A stretch of 63,818 nt of DNA, filler included, from Globobulimina sp. (GCA_003354225.1; 33 parts of 33 records of this genome joined end to end with filler, not necessarily neighbours in it), one strand, 5' to 3'; shown: positions 1-13,262, counted from the first letter of the whole stretch. Notes: generated from the sequence alone by a model not told the origin. Made by a program: numbers and translations.

Positions 1-1304
1 GTTTCTTCAAATTATACCTCAAATTATAATGCCAATATGACAGCTGCTCAAAATGTAAACAATCCAATGTTTAATAACAGAGCGATGGTGAACAATAGTA
101 ACAATCCATTTAAATATCAAAATCCTACGCAAACAACCGTTTCGTTAGAAAATTATAATTATCGTGACATACATTGTAATAATATGAATAATATGAACAA
201 TGTGACGAATATTAATCGATTAAAAATTGAGAGTACCTCAGCCGCAGCAGTCACAGTCCCAGTCGTACCACAACGAATAAGCACTACAAGTATTAGTACC
301 AAAACTAAATTTGGATGTTTACGAAATATAGCAAATATATCAATTGCTAATAACAATAATAAAATAAGTAATATTAATTATAATAATATTAATATGAGTT
401 CACTATCACCGATATCCGCAAATAGTAATCACAGTAATCATAGCTGTCATAGTCACAGCCATAGCCATAGCCATAGTATTCATTCTCCGCTATCTCCCAT
501 ATGCATATCGCCCAGATCGCCCCCTAAATTAATAGCCACCAAATCTGCGTCGAGTATTAACAGTAATACGTCAAATAAGTCCAGGTCATCCTCCTTATCC
601 TCGATTAGTTTATCATCTGCAAATATGCGTAAATATAAATGTGATCGTTGTATGAAATCATTTAAACACAAATCGAATTTAAAAATTCATCAAATTATTC
701 ATACTGAAAATGCATTGTCGTGTTCATTTTGTTCGAAAAAATTTGCCAGAAAATCCAATTTAAGACAACATTTAAGAGTTCATACAGATGAAAGGTATGT
801 GAATTTGCATAATTTGCACTCTGTGTTTGAATTGTACTGTATTTGTTGTGTGTTGTTTTTCCTTTTCAGACCATATGAATGTCAACATTGTAAAAGACGG
901 TTTAAACAGACTCATAGGTTTGTTTTTTGCGTCGACGTCTAGTCAAATGTTTATGTATTAACATCTATTTTGTACGTTGTTAGTTTAAAGGATCATATCC
1001 GAACTCATACCGGTGAGAGACCATTCCAATGTGAATTTTGTCCAAAAGCATTTAAAGTGAAACATAATTTAGTGGCACATCGAAGATTGCATAGTTTAGT
1101 TACTGTTTATTGCTGTATACAGTGTATTAATACATGCAGTATATAGCTGGAGAAAGGCCATTTGAGTGTGACCGATGTCCAAAAGCGTTTGCATCAAAGT
1201 CTTCATTAAACGGACATTGTAAAAAACTTCATCCTGTGTTTTGGCCACAAGCAACCCACGAAAAACAAGAAAAAGTACAAACTGAAAATGAAAATGATAA
1301 ATAA
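1..1304 (+). CDS. C2H2 (Kruppel-type) zinc-finger protein, 5 fingers, N/S/H-rich N-terminus, probably 5'-partial; introns 795-869, 918-983, 1094-1146
   Basis: CxxC..HxxxH repeats with HTDERPY and HTGERPF linkers are restored in frame by three GT-AG introns; TAA at 1302-1304. Confidence 0.92.
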
Positions 1305-1839
1305 ATATTTAGGTACTTTCATTTCAGTGCAAATTAATTAAAATAATAAATTAATTAAAATGCAAATTAAATACAATATAAAACGTATTGCTGTATATAT
1401 TAAAATAAACTTAATTCTATTTAGGTCAATTAGTTTGTTTATATTTGTAACCCTTTTTTTTTATGGCTTTAAATTAATTTGCTTTTTTTTTTTCCTCTAA
1501 TCGTCAGATATAATCATTTTTGTGCTCTTATCTGTGTTTATTTTTGTTTTTTAAAACTTTTGTAATATTTGTAACCTATCTGTAATTATGACATTGTTAC
1601 GTGTTTGTGAGTGTGTGTGTTATTATCTGTTTGTTTTTTATTTCCCTGTTGTGATAAAGTGATATATGTTTGTTAACTTGTATTGTTTTTTATTTGTACG
1701 CCCAACTTTTATTTTTTATTACAAACATCATAGTAAATGATACAGTAATGGTTTTTTTGTTTTTTTTTTGTAAGAATGAGAGAATTGTTACGTGATTAGG
1801 TTTTGTTTTTATTTTTGTTTTTGTTTTTGTATTTTGTAG

Positions 1840-1939
1840 NNNNNNNNNNNNNNNNNNNNNNNNNNNNNNNNNNNNNNNNNNNNTTAATTAATTAANNNNN
1901 NNNNNNNNNNNNNNNNNNNNNNNNNNNNNNNNNNNNNNN
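1840..1939. other. Artificial contig-joining spacer N44-TTAATTAATTAA-N44 (first of 32 copies, about every 1.94 kb)
   Basis: The same 100-nt spacer recurs 32 times. The 12-mer puts stops in all six frames, and contig lengths fall steadily from 1839 to 1835. Confidence 0.99.
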
Positions 1940-2568
1940 CAATGATAGAGCTTACCGTTTAGCTGTACTTGGCCATGACAAATGTCACAAAATATTTTCA
2001 TGTGTGATGGTGCCACCATTTCTGACAAAGAATTGCCGCAAATACAGGTACAGAGCATATTTGATTGTTGTGTGATGACTGGTTTTGTGCTTTGATTATT
2101 TTCGATTGGCTTTGTTTCTGACTCGGTTTGCGGTGATTCCATGCTCAGAGCCACTGCTTCTACGGCTTCTTGTTCATTTAATCCGCTATCCATCAATTCT
2201 TTGATTGCTAATGAATGTTCTGTTTGTTTTTCAATTATTACATCATATATTCTTTTAATATGTTTTGCTTTGTTTGAATTCAATATTAATCGGCTCTGAT
2301 TATGGTTTCTTTCAAATCCACAAAGATATAATAAATTGAGATACAACGAATTCTTCAATTTTTTCATCAAAGCGTTGAAATTAATGCTGTGATATTTGGG
2401 TTCATCCTTCATCGCATTCTTCATGATTTGCAATATTAACTTCATCGGTTTGTCTCGCTCATTTCGACTGCATACATAACATTATTCACATATAATTTTG
2501 TAAACACCATGAAAAAAATGCACAAACCGTATGTTCCAAATATCCAACAATGTACTCTCTAAATCCAT
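1940..2568 (-). CDS. PUB domain, UBA-like helix and Cys-rich (ZZ/C1-like) finger protein, 3'-partial; intron 2468-2527
   Basis: PUB-like KNAMKDEPKYHSIN...LYLCGF; UBA-like LMDSGLNEQEAVEAV; CxC...CDIC...LYH. The 60-nt GTTTG..GCAG intron joins MDLESTLLDIWNIR to the ORF in frame. Confidence 0.65.
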
Positions 2569-2620
2569 GCATAAAAGATGATATTTCTGGATATTTATAA
2601 AAACTTTTTGACTCAGATCA

Positions 2621-3777
2621 ATGGTGAATATTCGCTTTGTGAAATGGGTTACATTTATCATCTTCTGTCTTCTTATTGTATTGTATGTTTGTTTGGATCT
2701 ATTTGCAATGGATTACCTGGAAGATGCAAGTACTTATGATGTTATCACGTCGGAATCCAATATTATAGAATCCAGCATTAATAATAATATTGGCACATTG
2801 CAATTGATTGAAAATCATACAAATCTGTCACAAAAATGCAACAAACGCATCAATGGCTATGTTGAACACCGACAATTTGGTTTTTACTGCGATGCGATGA
2901 TATTTGATGAACTTAAATTAATAACATTTATTGCAGCAAAGTCAGGTTCGAGCATGTTTAGATATGGAATACTTAAATTATTAAGGAATTATATGCCCAG
3001 AGAGCTTAGAAAGAAAATAAATAGCCAAATTCCGGCAGTATGCACATTAAACGACGAGTTCCCATTTAATTCGAATATAATTATATGGAAAACTCATTTA
3101 ACAAAATATTTTTGTTCTAATCAATATTTAAAAATTATGATTGTAAGAGATCCATTGACTCGATTATTATCTGGTTATTTGGATAAATGCATTGAGAATT
3201 ATGATGGATATAGGAATAAATCAAAATCGTTTATGCATAAATATTGGCATACTCCATGTCTCACATTTTTATTATCCATAGGAATTGATGTTAAATATTG
3301 GAGAATTCGATCAAATCACAGAGAATATAAAAAAATGACTGTTTCTACAAAAAATAAGTTACATCAAAACAACACATTTAAGCGGTTTGTGAAATGGATT
3401 GCAAATCAAGCAAAGCCACAAAGCCTCGATAACCACTTTAAACTATCACATTATTTTGCGGATATTGAATATTTTATTAATTTTGGGAATGAATGGTGGC
3501 ATATTTATGATATTCATGATATGAGCGGATGGGATATTATTTTGCATAAATTGATTGGAGATAAGACGTATTTCAATGCGTGGGAGCAAATAAAAAGTGA
3601 TTTGAATATGGATGGATATGATAAATATGAGAATTCAACCCATAATCCATCCGCTCCTCTGGATCAACATGAGACTCACGCAAAGCAAAATGTTCTCATA
3701 TATTATAATGACATTGAGATATTAACCACTGCATTGGAATATGTCTGGAAAGATTATTATATATTCAATATCCAATT
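2621..3777 (+). CDS. Golgi type II carbohydrate sulfotransferase (Sulfotransfer_2/CHST-like), 3'-partial
   Basis: N-terminal TM anchor; 5'-PSB AAKSGSS; 3'-PB VRDPLTRLLSGYLDK; DNHF motif. Confidence 0.85.
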
Positions 3778-3877
3778 NNNNNNNNNNNNNNNNNNNNNNN
3801 NNNNNNNNNNNNNNNNNNNNNTTAATTAATTAANNNNNNNNNNNNNNNNNNNNNNNNNNNNNNNNNNNNNNNNNNNN

Positions 3878-5715
3878 ACATTTGCAGACTGATTGGCACC
3901 GCCGTTGTCACCACCACCATATGCCTTATCATAATACTGTCCTCTATAATCTTCGTAAGATCCTTTAACTGCAATCTCAAATATCTCCCGGAGACTCCTC
4001 GACCATAAACTGTTGCTTATCAATTTATAAATAGCTTTAACAACACTAAGACACGAAAATCCGGCAGAAATTGAAAATTGCAACGTGCTAAAGCTATCCT
4101 CAAAATTTCTCATCCTATAAAACATATATGACTGCAACAATAATTGTGGCAGCGCCTCGAACAATGCTTCTGTTGCTATATATAAATCAACAGCAACTAA
4201 TCTCCGCGCATTATCTTTGCTGATAGTGACACCGAACAACACTTTAGCTTTGATATATCCATCAAACAAAGAATCTTTTACGATTAATAATGGCATTCCA
4301 ATAAACGGAAATAAAAACACATCCCATATCAAATACAAACACTGTGGCGGTGCTCCGAACAATAACAGACAGAAAATAAGGGAGTTTGTTTCGCTCTTAT
4401 CCGCTTGCGACTGAAACTGTGCACCGTCAGAAAGAGCTCTTAGTAAAGGGTAAAGGACCACTAAAATAATTAACATATCCGCAAACACCACAAACATGAA
4501 TGGCCAAAACAAAATCCCTATTACAGGCCACATACCATACACCAACACGAGACAACAAATCACAGTGCACCCACGAATCACTAAACCATAAAGTCCATTC
4601 ACACAACCTTTAGTTTATCAATTTAATTTTATATATACAGTACTTTAATTTCGACGTCAAGTGATTATAAGATACGAGATACGAACCTCTGGTATATTCA
4701 GCATATGTAACCCAAAATGAACACCACCCAAATAATGGAACTAATGCAGAGCCGATTACGTTGTATATAGACGTGCTTGGCTCTGATTTTATTGCCACTC
4801 CGATCTGTTCGATGGCGAACCAAAGATACTGATAAACGCGCATCGAAAAATACACAATACAAAGGCCAGTGTATGCTGCAAAATAATCACCGCGAGTATA
4901 AAAAACATAAATGGTCCAACAGTCAGTGCCGAGATCCATCACTGGCGATAACGATATACACATTTTGAACAACCTCCACAACGAAAGTAGCAACTTCATG
5001 CAGCAACTCACAGCGACAGCACTTCTTTTCTTTCTCTTTAATGCGGAATGTATAAAACAGAGAATTTGGCGCTGCCTTTGGTGAGGCTGCACTGCTCAAA
5101 GTCACTGTTTTTGCATCTGGTGAACAAAGATATTGTCCCGGCGCTGATTCCAACTCGAAACGAAACACTCCGTTGGATATTTTGTGTGCTGTGAACGCAG
5201 TGTTCATCAAACGAATTGTTTTGAACATCATTGAGGTGAATGTGAAATTTCCGTTTGGCTGTTTTATTGCTTTCCAACGACATGCTTTCCACGCCGCTCC
5301 ACAGGCGGATACCAGTTTGTTTTTCCCGACATTAATCGTGGCATTGTTACGTGTTTTGAGAATGATAACGGCATTCTTCTCGAAATTGTAAGCTTGGGTG
5401 AAAGGCCAAATTCCTGTGTTCGATCAGTGTGTTGCAAAACATTCATGGTACATTTAAACAAGTTTAATTGTTCCTTAAAACAACTTTAATACGTTGTGTA
5501 AAACAACAAACACATTGTGCAAACATATTAATTTTGTATAAATAGATACCTTTGTATTTGCGCTTGGTTTGTCTTCGATAACAGCACGCTTTCATAAACA
5601 TACAAATACCAAACAATATGTATGCTGCAAATACTGCCACCGGTAGATATAATGTGATATATTCGTCAATATCTATGCATGTCTTCCACAAAACTAGCCA
5701 TTTTCTTTGTAAGTC
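3878..5715 (-). CDS. XK-related multipass membrane protein preceded by a TM helix and a beta-trefoil-like domain; partial at both ends; introns 5414-5549 and 4608-4686; apparent frameshift near 4945
   Basis: MDLGTD helix and EALFEALPQLLLQ are XK-family motifs. The introns join the exons in frame. The frame switches between VYIVIA and PVMDLGTD. Confidence 0.6.
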
Positions 5716-6194
5716 NNNNNNNNNNNNNNNNNNNNNNNNNNNNNNNNNNNNNNNNNNNNTTAATTAATTAANNNNNNNNNNNNNNNNNNNNNNNNNNNNN
5801 NNNNNNNNNNNNNNNTAATATAATTTTTTTTTCTTTTTATTGAATGTGTATTTTAAAACCAATGATAAACCCACAAACAGCGACAACCATGAAATGTTGT
5901 ACAGTTTTTCGTTTTAAAATTGTCTTTACTTCAGCAGCTTAATTCGAAACATGGCTAATATACTTTTGCTTTTTTTTGGAATTAACAATTATGAATAATG
6001 CCACTGGGTTACAACCAATGTACATGTTTGATTTACCTTAAAATGGTTGGGTTGGCGCTTGGTGCTGATGTACGTGTTGCACTCTCAACATTAAGTACAG
6101 TATTTTGGTGAAATATAAACTTTACATATAAGAAATTAAAGTGCTGTACATAAATAATTAAATGTAAAATAATAATTTAAGGTTTATAATACAA

Positions 6195-7653
6195 CTAATT
6201 TACAAAAAGAAAATACGCTAAAACCATACAAAAAGAATAGAAAATGGCAAATTTTTTATAACCATATTCCAAAACAAGATCCTTTTCTAAACTATTTTTA
6301 TCTTTTTTGACAGTTGGATCTAAAATAACGGCATTATAATATTTAATAACTTTTGGATTAATCGATGGATTATACGTAAAATATATGCTCGAATCATGCG
6401 GATACATATGTTTCTCCACTAAATATTGCTGAAATATCATAGCGTTTCTTTCAAAAGCTCGAAAAAATGCAGATTTTCTTTGTAACCAATATCGTAATTC
6501 TTGAATATAATAACATATGGCATCAAATTGGATTAATCTTAAAAATACTAACGTGAAAATAGCAATGCACATATCAAATAAATCAGCTTCAAAGCCATTT
6601 TCTTGGACATGCGGGATTTGCGCAATCAAATCCGAATGATTTTGAATCTCATTCTTGCCATAATCTAAGAGATGAAGCCACGGTGTTTGAATGGTTGAAA
6701 AACAATAATAATAGATTTGTTGCAAAATATTGAGTTTCGAAGATATAATTTGGAATAAATTCAATTTTTCTATTATTTTATAATAATGCAAAGCATGAAC
6801 AATGGTCGGATATTTATTTGAAAACGCTTCACCAAAAAATTTATATTTTGCACTTAAATTATTTTTATGGATCTTAAGCATAGTGTCTTGCGGCGGTAAT
6901 TTTAATTTATTTGCCCACACTAATGATAACCAACGAGAATTAACCTCCGAATATAATAAAATCGAATATAGGACAGGTCGGACATAGCCAATGTAGGCAA
7001 CCGATGGGTCATAACAATTAAACACATATTCATACGCATTTTTGATATCATTTAATTTCTCATTGCCAGCAAAAAAACTTATATTTGGTGTATAACCGCT
7101 ACAAAGTATTATTACATCAATATCTTTCACAGTGGTCTGATCCGCAAATTGTATCTCTTTATTATCAACATTTACAACAGCCCCTTTGGCGACAATTTCA
7201 CCCATTTTTACGTATTTTAATACATCGGCACTTTTATTCAAATTGATTGCCAAATATTTTGTATTGCTGCCAGTTTTCCAGTGGTGAATAGCATGATTGT
7301 CATAGGCAAAAACATCGCCGCTCGTACAATAGCTGCAACCGAATACCATGCCCGGTTTGCCCGCATCCATTGGCGATATCCAATTAAATAATGGCGTAAA
7401 TACTGAGTCGTAGGCTGCCACCGCATTTCCTAAAGATTTACCAAAAAATTGACCTCTTTTTTTAAAAAATTGTTGGCCATTTCGAATGGACCAATATGTA
7501 TTCTTTGTGAATGGATGAAAATGTAATGCAAAATCCGCCGCTGTATCGCCACCACCAATAATTAATAAATTCTTATCTTTGACTAAATCGACGTATTTCT
7601 GTAATCTTTTGATATCGCAGCCATTGATTAATATGCCGCCAAATGAAGAGGTT
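6195..7653 (-). CDS. Flavin-containing monooxygenase (FMO-like) with hydrophobic C-terminal extension, 5'-partial
   Basis: The frame is open to the contig edge and contains the NADPH motif KNLLIIGGGDTAAD, WSIRNG, DVIILCSGY and AYIGYVRP. Confidence 0.85.
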
Positions 7654-7753
7654 NNNNNNNNNNNNNNNNNNNNNNNNNNNNNNNNNNNNNNNNNNNNTTA
7701 ATTAATTAANNNNNNNNNNNNNNNNNNNNNNNNNNNNNNNNNNNNNNNNNNNN

Positions 7754-9591
7754 GGACAACATGGAATTAATATTATTATCGCGTGGATTGTGAGCACAGA
7801 TTTGTTCTAAAAAACAGAATTCTTCGTTGTGATTTGCATTTATTTCCGGTGATGGTAATACTGCATAATTAGATATGTAATGTTTCAATATTGGTTCGCT
7901 GTTATTATATAGCTCCGATTGGTCGGATTTATGTTCTATTTCGGCCGCGGACTGTGTTTCTGTGATAGTGGCTACTTTGGGAGGTTTATGCGCTGTTTTT
8001 TTTGTTTTTGTTTTTGTTTTGTTGGATATGGATTGTATGGAGTTTATATATTGATAATATTTTGAGAATAGAGAGTGATATGATGTATCTAATGATTTAT
8101 TATTGTATAAATAACCAAAAGGTTGATTATTATCAGTGGTGGTATAATTAGTTAACATCGCAGTGATTTTCAGGTTTTTATTGTTTTTTGTGTTTGTCTT
8201 TAACAATATATTTGATATCGGCTTTATTAGCCATTCAAATAAATATCGTTTCATTGGTATTAGTTTGGATTTGTCGATAATCTCATGAATTAAACTTAAT
8301 TTTGAATATAATTTATCCAATTTATCGGTAATATGCCCATTTTCTGTCTGGTGGATTAAGAGAAAGGAACAGATCATTTTGACATAACTCAGTCTACAAA
8401 ATGCCATTTCATCGCTGACAGTTTGATTTTGTGCCATTAAATAGTTTATTAATTGATACATACCCTCTGTATTCATCCATTGTTTATAGCCCAAATCATC
8501 CTAAATATAATATAATAAATAAAATGAATCGAATCAGATGTTTATATCCTTGCACATAGACATACTATGAGGCAATTTAAGTGGTTTTCATGTTGGTAAT
8601 AACTTATTTTACCAATACATAACACCAAATAAAAGGTGGCGACATCATGGATAGGATTGGCGTAATCCAATACTTTATGCAATAAGCGATATAATAATTT
8701 GTAGGCCGAGTGAGATATGATATATTTGTTATGTCTCTGTTGAATATCATTTGAATTATTTATTTTGTTTATTTTGTGAAAGACAGCTATTAATGTCATG
8801 TGTCGATGTTGTTTATTTTTTATATATTTCTTGATTTTATCCCACGTATTTCTCGCTAGCGCTGATTTACAATTATTTAAATTTGGTGCAATTTCATGCG
8901 AATTGTCTATAAATTGCGAGATTAAATTGAATATCACAGATTGCAGTGTATTTGAACACAAATCTAACTCATAAATGGGTGATGGAACATTATTGTTCAA
9001 ATAATTATACATTAAATGTCCATTATGCTTATTATAATTATCAACGATTATAAATGGTAATGGTATGGATGAGGTTATAGATAACGTAATAATTGGTGGG
9101 ATTAAATGATTTAAATCTTTCATTTTATGATTATTTCTATTTCTTAATGTATTGTGCATTACAAATTCATTGACAATGCTATCCTTAAAATATAATTCCA
9201 ATGGAATATCAACACAGCAATTATATTTTGATATATTTATATTGATTTTCTTATTATTATTATTCGTTATTCTATCCATTGAATTTATTGTATTTGAATA
9301 AAAACTACAGGATTGAGGCAATATTGTTGCCCCCAAATTGAACGCATATTTCTCGCCGTTATGTGATATCTCAATTGTTGTATTGCCGAACAATGGTTTG
9401 TTGGCTTTTGATACATTAAATACTGTGTATTAGTGTATATTACAACAAGTGAATGTTGGATACAAACGACTCACATAACTTGTGACAATAAAAGTTGTAA
9501 CAGATTTGTGTGACATTATCCCGAGATCGAGTGTAAAAGGATGTGGAATATGACTCAAAACTTCAACCAAAAAAACTACGCATAAAACAAT
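7754..9591 (-). CDS. Uncharacterised N-rich protein, partial; introns about 9423-9479 and 8501-8565
   Basis: Two long ORFs are joined in frame by GT-AG introns. No family confidently recognised. Confidence 0.55.
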
Positions 9592-9845
9592 NNNNNNNNN
9601 NNNNNNNNNNNNNNNNNNNNNNNNNNNNNNNNNNNTTAATTAATTAANNNNNNNNNNNNNNNNNNNNNNNNNNNNNNNNNNNNNNNNNNNNCCACAATTA
9701 GTGCAATCTTATATGAAATATTTCCCAAAAAATGACAAAATATTTGATCGTTGTAATACAAAATAAAGTTCAAAGTTATAAATATTTTTCGATCGGTGTT
9801 AAAATTTCTGAGAATTATGTTTTTGAGAAATCAGGCCATTGATGG

Positions 9846-11081
9846 CTAAGTTACAATGATTTTTGTATTATTACATCCCAAACTTATGCATTTAATACTT
9901 TTCCCACCCGTGCATTGCTTAACAATATCATTAATGCAAAGCGGCGTTTCCACTTTGGACAATTTCGTATGCAAACATTCATTATACGCATTACTCCCAA
10001 ACAGAAAATGCATATCATTTGCCAGCACACAATACGAATGATTTGTGCCACAGCCAATACCCGTCACTCCATACGAATAATTTGCCAAATATTCTATCAC
10101 AGTTGGTTGCCTTATCTCGCTCCGTATCACATATCCACACTGTCCATATTTATTATTCCCCCACGCATACAACGCATGGTTCCACCCAATCGCTAAGTTA
10201 TGATCTGCCCCACACTGAATATCTTTAATTCGGATTTTACTATTTATAAAAAACGGTATTTGCACGGGTTCATACACCATAGATTTGTAATTATAATCAC
10301 TCTCAGCGATGCCGAGCTGGTATGTTTCGTTGTCTCCATAGCACCAAACTGTGCCATCGGATTGCAACAGTAAAGAGTGTGAATATCCCGTCCTGATTCG
10401 CACAATGTTGTTGTCTTTAAATGTTTCCATTTCTTGCCAGAGCACATTATCCATGTATACGTGCGTAGAAAACACTTTATTGATACCGAAAAATAAAATG
10501 ATAATCTCCCTAACATCGGTGGGTATTACGCGCGTTGTCCATTGATTGATGATTACTGCTACATTGTCATAATTGCATGCTATTATTGCAAATGTGTGAG
10601 AAAATGTAGATTGTATATCCTTTATGTGATATCTGTCTAAATATTCAATTAATACAGGCTCAAATTGGTCTGTTTTGTGGCCTAAGCCCAATTTGCCATA
10701 CATATTTCTGCCATTTGTGTAGATCTTGTTTGTGTCTGAGATCCAGAATGTGCAGTATCTGTTGACGTTGACACAGACTTTCTCAATGTTTATGTTGTTT
10801 GCAATAAAATAATCAATTGTGCGTAGTGCAGTGATGTTTGTTGTGTTGCTGTAATTGTTATTAAACACAGCACACGACCCATGTGAGTTATGCCCTGCAG
10901 ACCAGTGTTGTTTGTTCGAGTGAGGATCAGTGACACAATAGATGCTGTAGTCTGCTCCGGAATATACATCCGTCACAGATTTGTCAGAGTGAATACGGGT
11001 TAGTTTACTAAATGATTGTGTGGAGTTGACTCCAAATTCTGCATACGAATTTTTACCAACAACGTAAAGCGACAAAGCCAT
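9846..11081 (-). CDS. RCC1/BLIP-II repeat beta-propeller protein
   Basis: Repeated motifs GRNMYGKLGLG, TGYSHSLLL...GDNETYQLG, CGADHNLA...WGNNKYGQCG, CGTNHS. Confidence 0.9.
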   Translation of the reverse strand: MALSLYVVGKNSYAEFGVNSTQSFSKLTRIHSDKSVTDVYSGADYSIYCVTDPHSNKQHWSAGHNSHGSCAVFNNNYSNTTNITALRTIDYFIANNINIEKVCVNVNRYCTFWISDTNKIYTNGRNMYGKLGLGHKTDQFEPVLIEYLDRYHIKDIQSTFSHTFAIIACNYDNVAVIINQWTTRVIPTDVREIIILFFGINKVFSTHVYMDNVLWQEMETFKDNNIVRIRTGYSHSLLLQSDGTVWCYGDNETYQLGIAESDYNYKSMVYEPVQIPFFINSKIRIKDIQCGADHNLAIGWNHALYAWGNNKYGQCGYVIRSEIRQPTVIEYLANYSYGVTGIGCGTNHSYCVLANDMHFLFGSNAYNECLHTKLSKVETPLCINDIVKQCTGGKSIKCISLGCNNTKIIVT

Positions 11082-11140
11082 GATCAAATATGTTGATGAA
11101 TATATATTATTCTTGTGCCGTTGTCCTCAGTTCTAAGACC

Positions 11141-11529
11141 ATGGACTTGTTATTTATTCTGTTGATATTGGTAATCAACATATTTTGTAATGACTCTGAC
11201 GGGTTGGGGTCTGAATGGATTCAAAAAGCATTTGATCAGCACAAAGGAGTGCTTGGTAAAGTAAGCGAAATTGCAAAAAAAGTAAACGAAATGAAACCTC
11301 CTCCACCGTTAAAAAGACAACATCCATTATCCGATCCCGATGATATTTTTGATGCATTGGAAGAACCTGAACAAGAACAAGAAGTAAATGATTATCCCCC
11401 AATGAAGACATTGGATCCATCAAATATACTCAATGAACGCGATTATGGTTCCAACCAATTCTCAAATCCAATGGAAATGCACGATGTTGAAACACAGCAT
11501 TCTTTCCAACATCCAATCGATATGATATC
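11141..11529 (+). CDS. Secreted protein of unknown function, 3'-partial
   Basis: Signal peptide MDLLFILLILVINIFC; frame open to the contig end. Confidence 0.55.
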
Positions 11530-11629
11530 NNNNNNNNNNNNNNNNNNNNNNNNNNNNNNNNNNNNNNNNNNNNTTAATTAATTAANNNNNNNNNNNNNNN
11601 NNNNNNNNNNNNNNNNNNNNNNNNNNNNN

Positions 11630-13262
11630 GAAAATCGCCGACCATTAAAAACATTTTGGCCGATGACATAGGAAGTGTTGCATTGCAATTACCCTCTAAA
11701 TATATGCTTATTTTCTCAAGTAATATAATACCAAAACGAGCGATGAATGATGAAAATAATTCTATAATTTGTATTATTTGATATTTTTGAACAGGAAATG
11801 ACATTAATTTTGTAATAATTGGACTAATTATATTAAATGAATCAAATACAGAATTTGTAAAATATAAATTAGTTTCTTTATCAAAGTGCGATTTGTCCAT
11901 ATCCCATATTGTATTTTCTAAGGCATTTTCAATTAGCCCTAATGTATTATTATTTGATAATCTCTTTATTTCATAATTTATAAATAATTCTAAAGTCTCC
12001 GATTCAACTGCATGTACCGCATGTACTTCCGCTTGTGTTTCTGTATAATTGTAATTATTGTATACCAATACCAAAGTACTGCAGATTTGACGATATAAGT
12101 CTACTAATTTATGCATTGATGCTATGTGTGTTTCATCAAAATTATCCACTAAATTCCCAACCATCAATGAAACTGAATGCAAAACACAATTTCCAATGTA
12201 AGCAAACAGGCGGAAATCAAAAAAAAATTCTTCAAACAGATTTTCAAAATGATCCTCATGCAATTTTAAGACAATATGTACTTTTTCTAGAGTCAATATC
12301 GCCTCACCACAGCTCTTTGTGTTTGTATCAATATATTCAGTCGTAAATCTCTTTATAGATTTCTTTATCAAAACAAAAACAAAAATAAAAATTATTTCAT
12401 CCATTTCATAAGAACATCATAACTTAACTTCAATTCCAGTGACTAAGATGCAATTCATAGAGTTTATGATTTTGTTGAGTTTTTCATCCTTACTCAAGTG
12501 TCCGCTTTGCAACGCTGTTAACAATTTGTTGTATAGCTATAGTTGTGTGAAGCTAGGAAAAAGAGAATATAACATACCGTCAATTTCGCATCCTAATTGC
12601 AGCAAATCTATTAATGCAGATAAGAAATCCATATCTGACTCTTTTTTAAATAATTGGATGTATCTCTCGAGGTATGATGTTACAAATACTTTAATCCCCT
12701 TTTGCAGAGCTTGCATTTGACTCTTCTCTTTGTCTGAACATTGTACTTTATTTGCATTTGAAGATATTCTCAAAACAATAACATCTAATTCAGAACGCAA
12801 TTCACATATTTTCAGAAACTCTGGCAATTTGTTGTTGCAATCTTTACCATCTGGAATGTCCAGCAGTTTTTTGTATGTACTCAAGGCATTGGCATTGCAC
12901 TTAGTTGTTTCGAATTCTTTCACTTTGCGTTGCCAAAACGCTCGTTCTTTTGCCGAGATATTGGTTGTAAATTTGATAAACTGCCGCACCAACTTTAATA
13001 ACTCACCATTTGGAGCTTTGACTTTTAACTTCCAGCCATATAATAAATCATCGTCAACTAATACCAAACATTGCGAGTTTTTATCGGAAAAATACATTTT
13101 ATCAACTTTATGTAATGCATATTCGCCAGCTGGTTGATCAAAATGTGGACCAGCCCAAAATTGTAGAATTCCATTTTCAAATAGATTGACTTTATGTGAA
13201 TGCCAATCCCGGACCAAATTGTCTCTTTTGCGTAAAATTCCGGTGTGAATTAATTTAGCCAT
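11630..13262 (-). CDS. N-terminal PH domain plus helical region, with an in-frame TAG at 12537-12539; intron 12351-12428; 3'-partial
   Basis: PH-like HTGILRKRDNLVRDW...LQFW. The frame stays open after the TAG and splices in frame (GTTAAG..AAAG) to the 11630-12350 exon. Confidence 0.6.

Noticed and set aside
1884-1895. Regularly spaced TTAATTAATTAA repeat (CRISPR-like or nanochromosome-end-like periodicity)
   Set aside because: It is embedded in fixed N runs and contig lengths are sorted, so it is a concatenation linker.
5816-6190. Possible structured ncRNA in the slightly GC-richer intergenic patch
   Set aside because: No tRNA cloverleaf, C/D or H/ACA boxes, or Sm site could be supported by eye.
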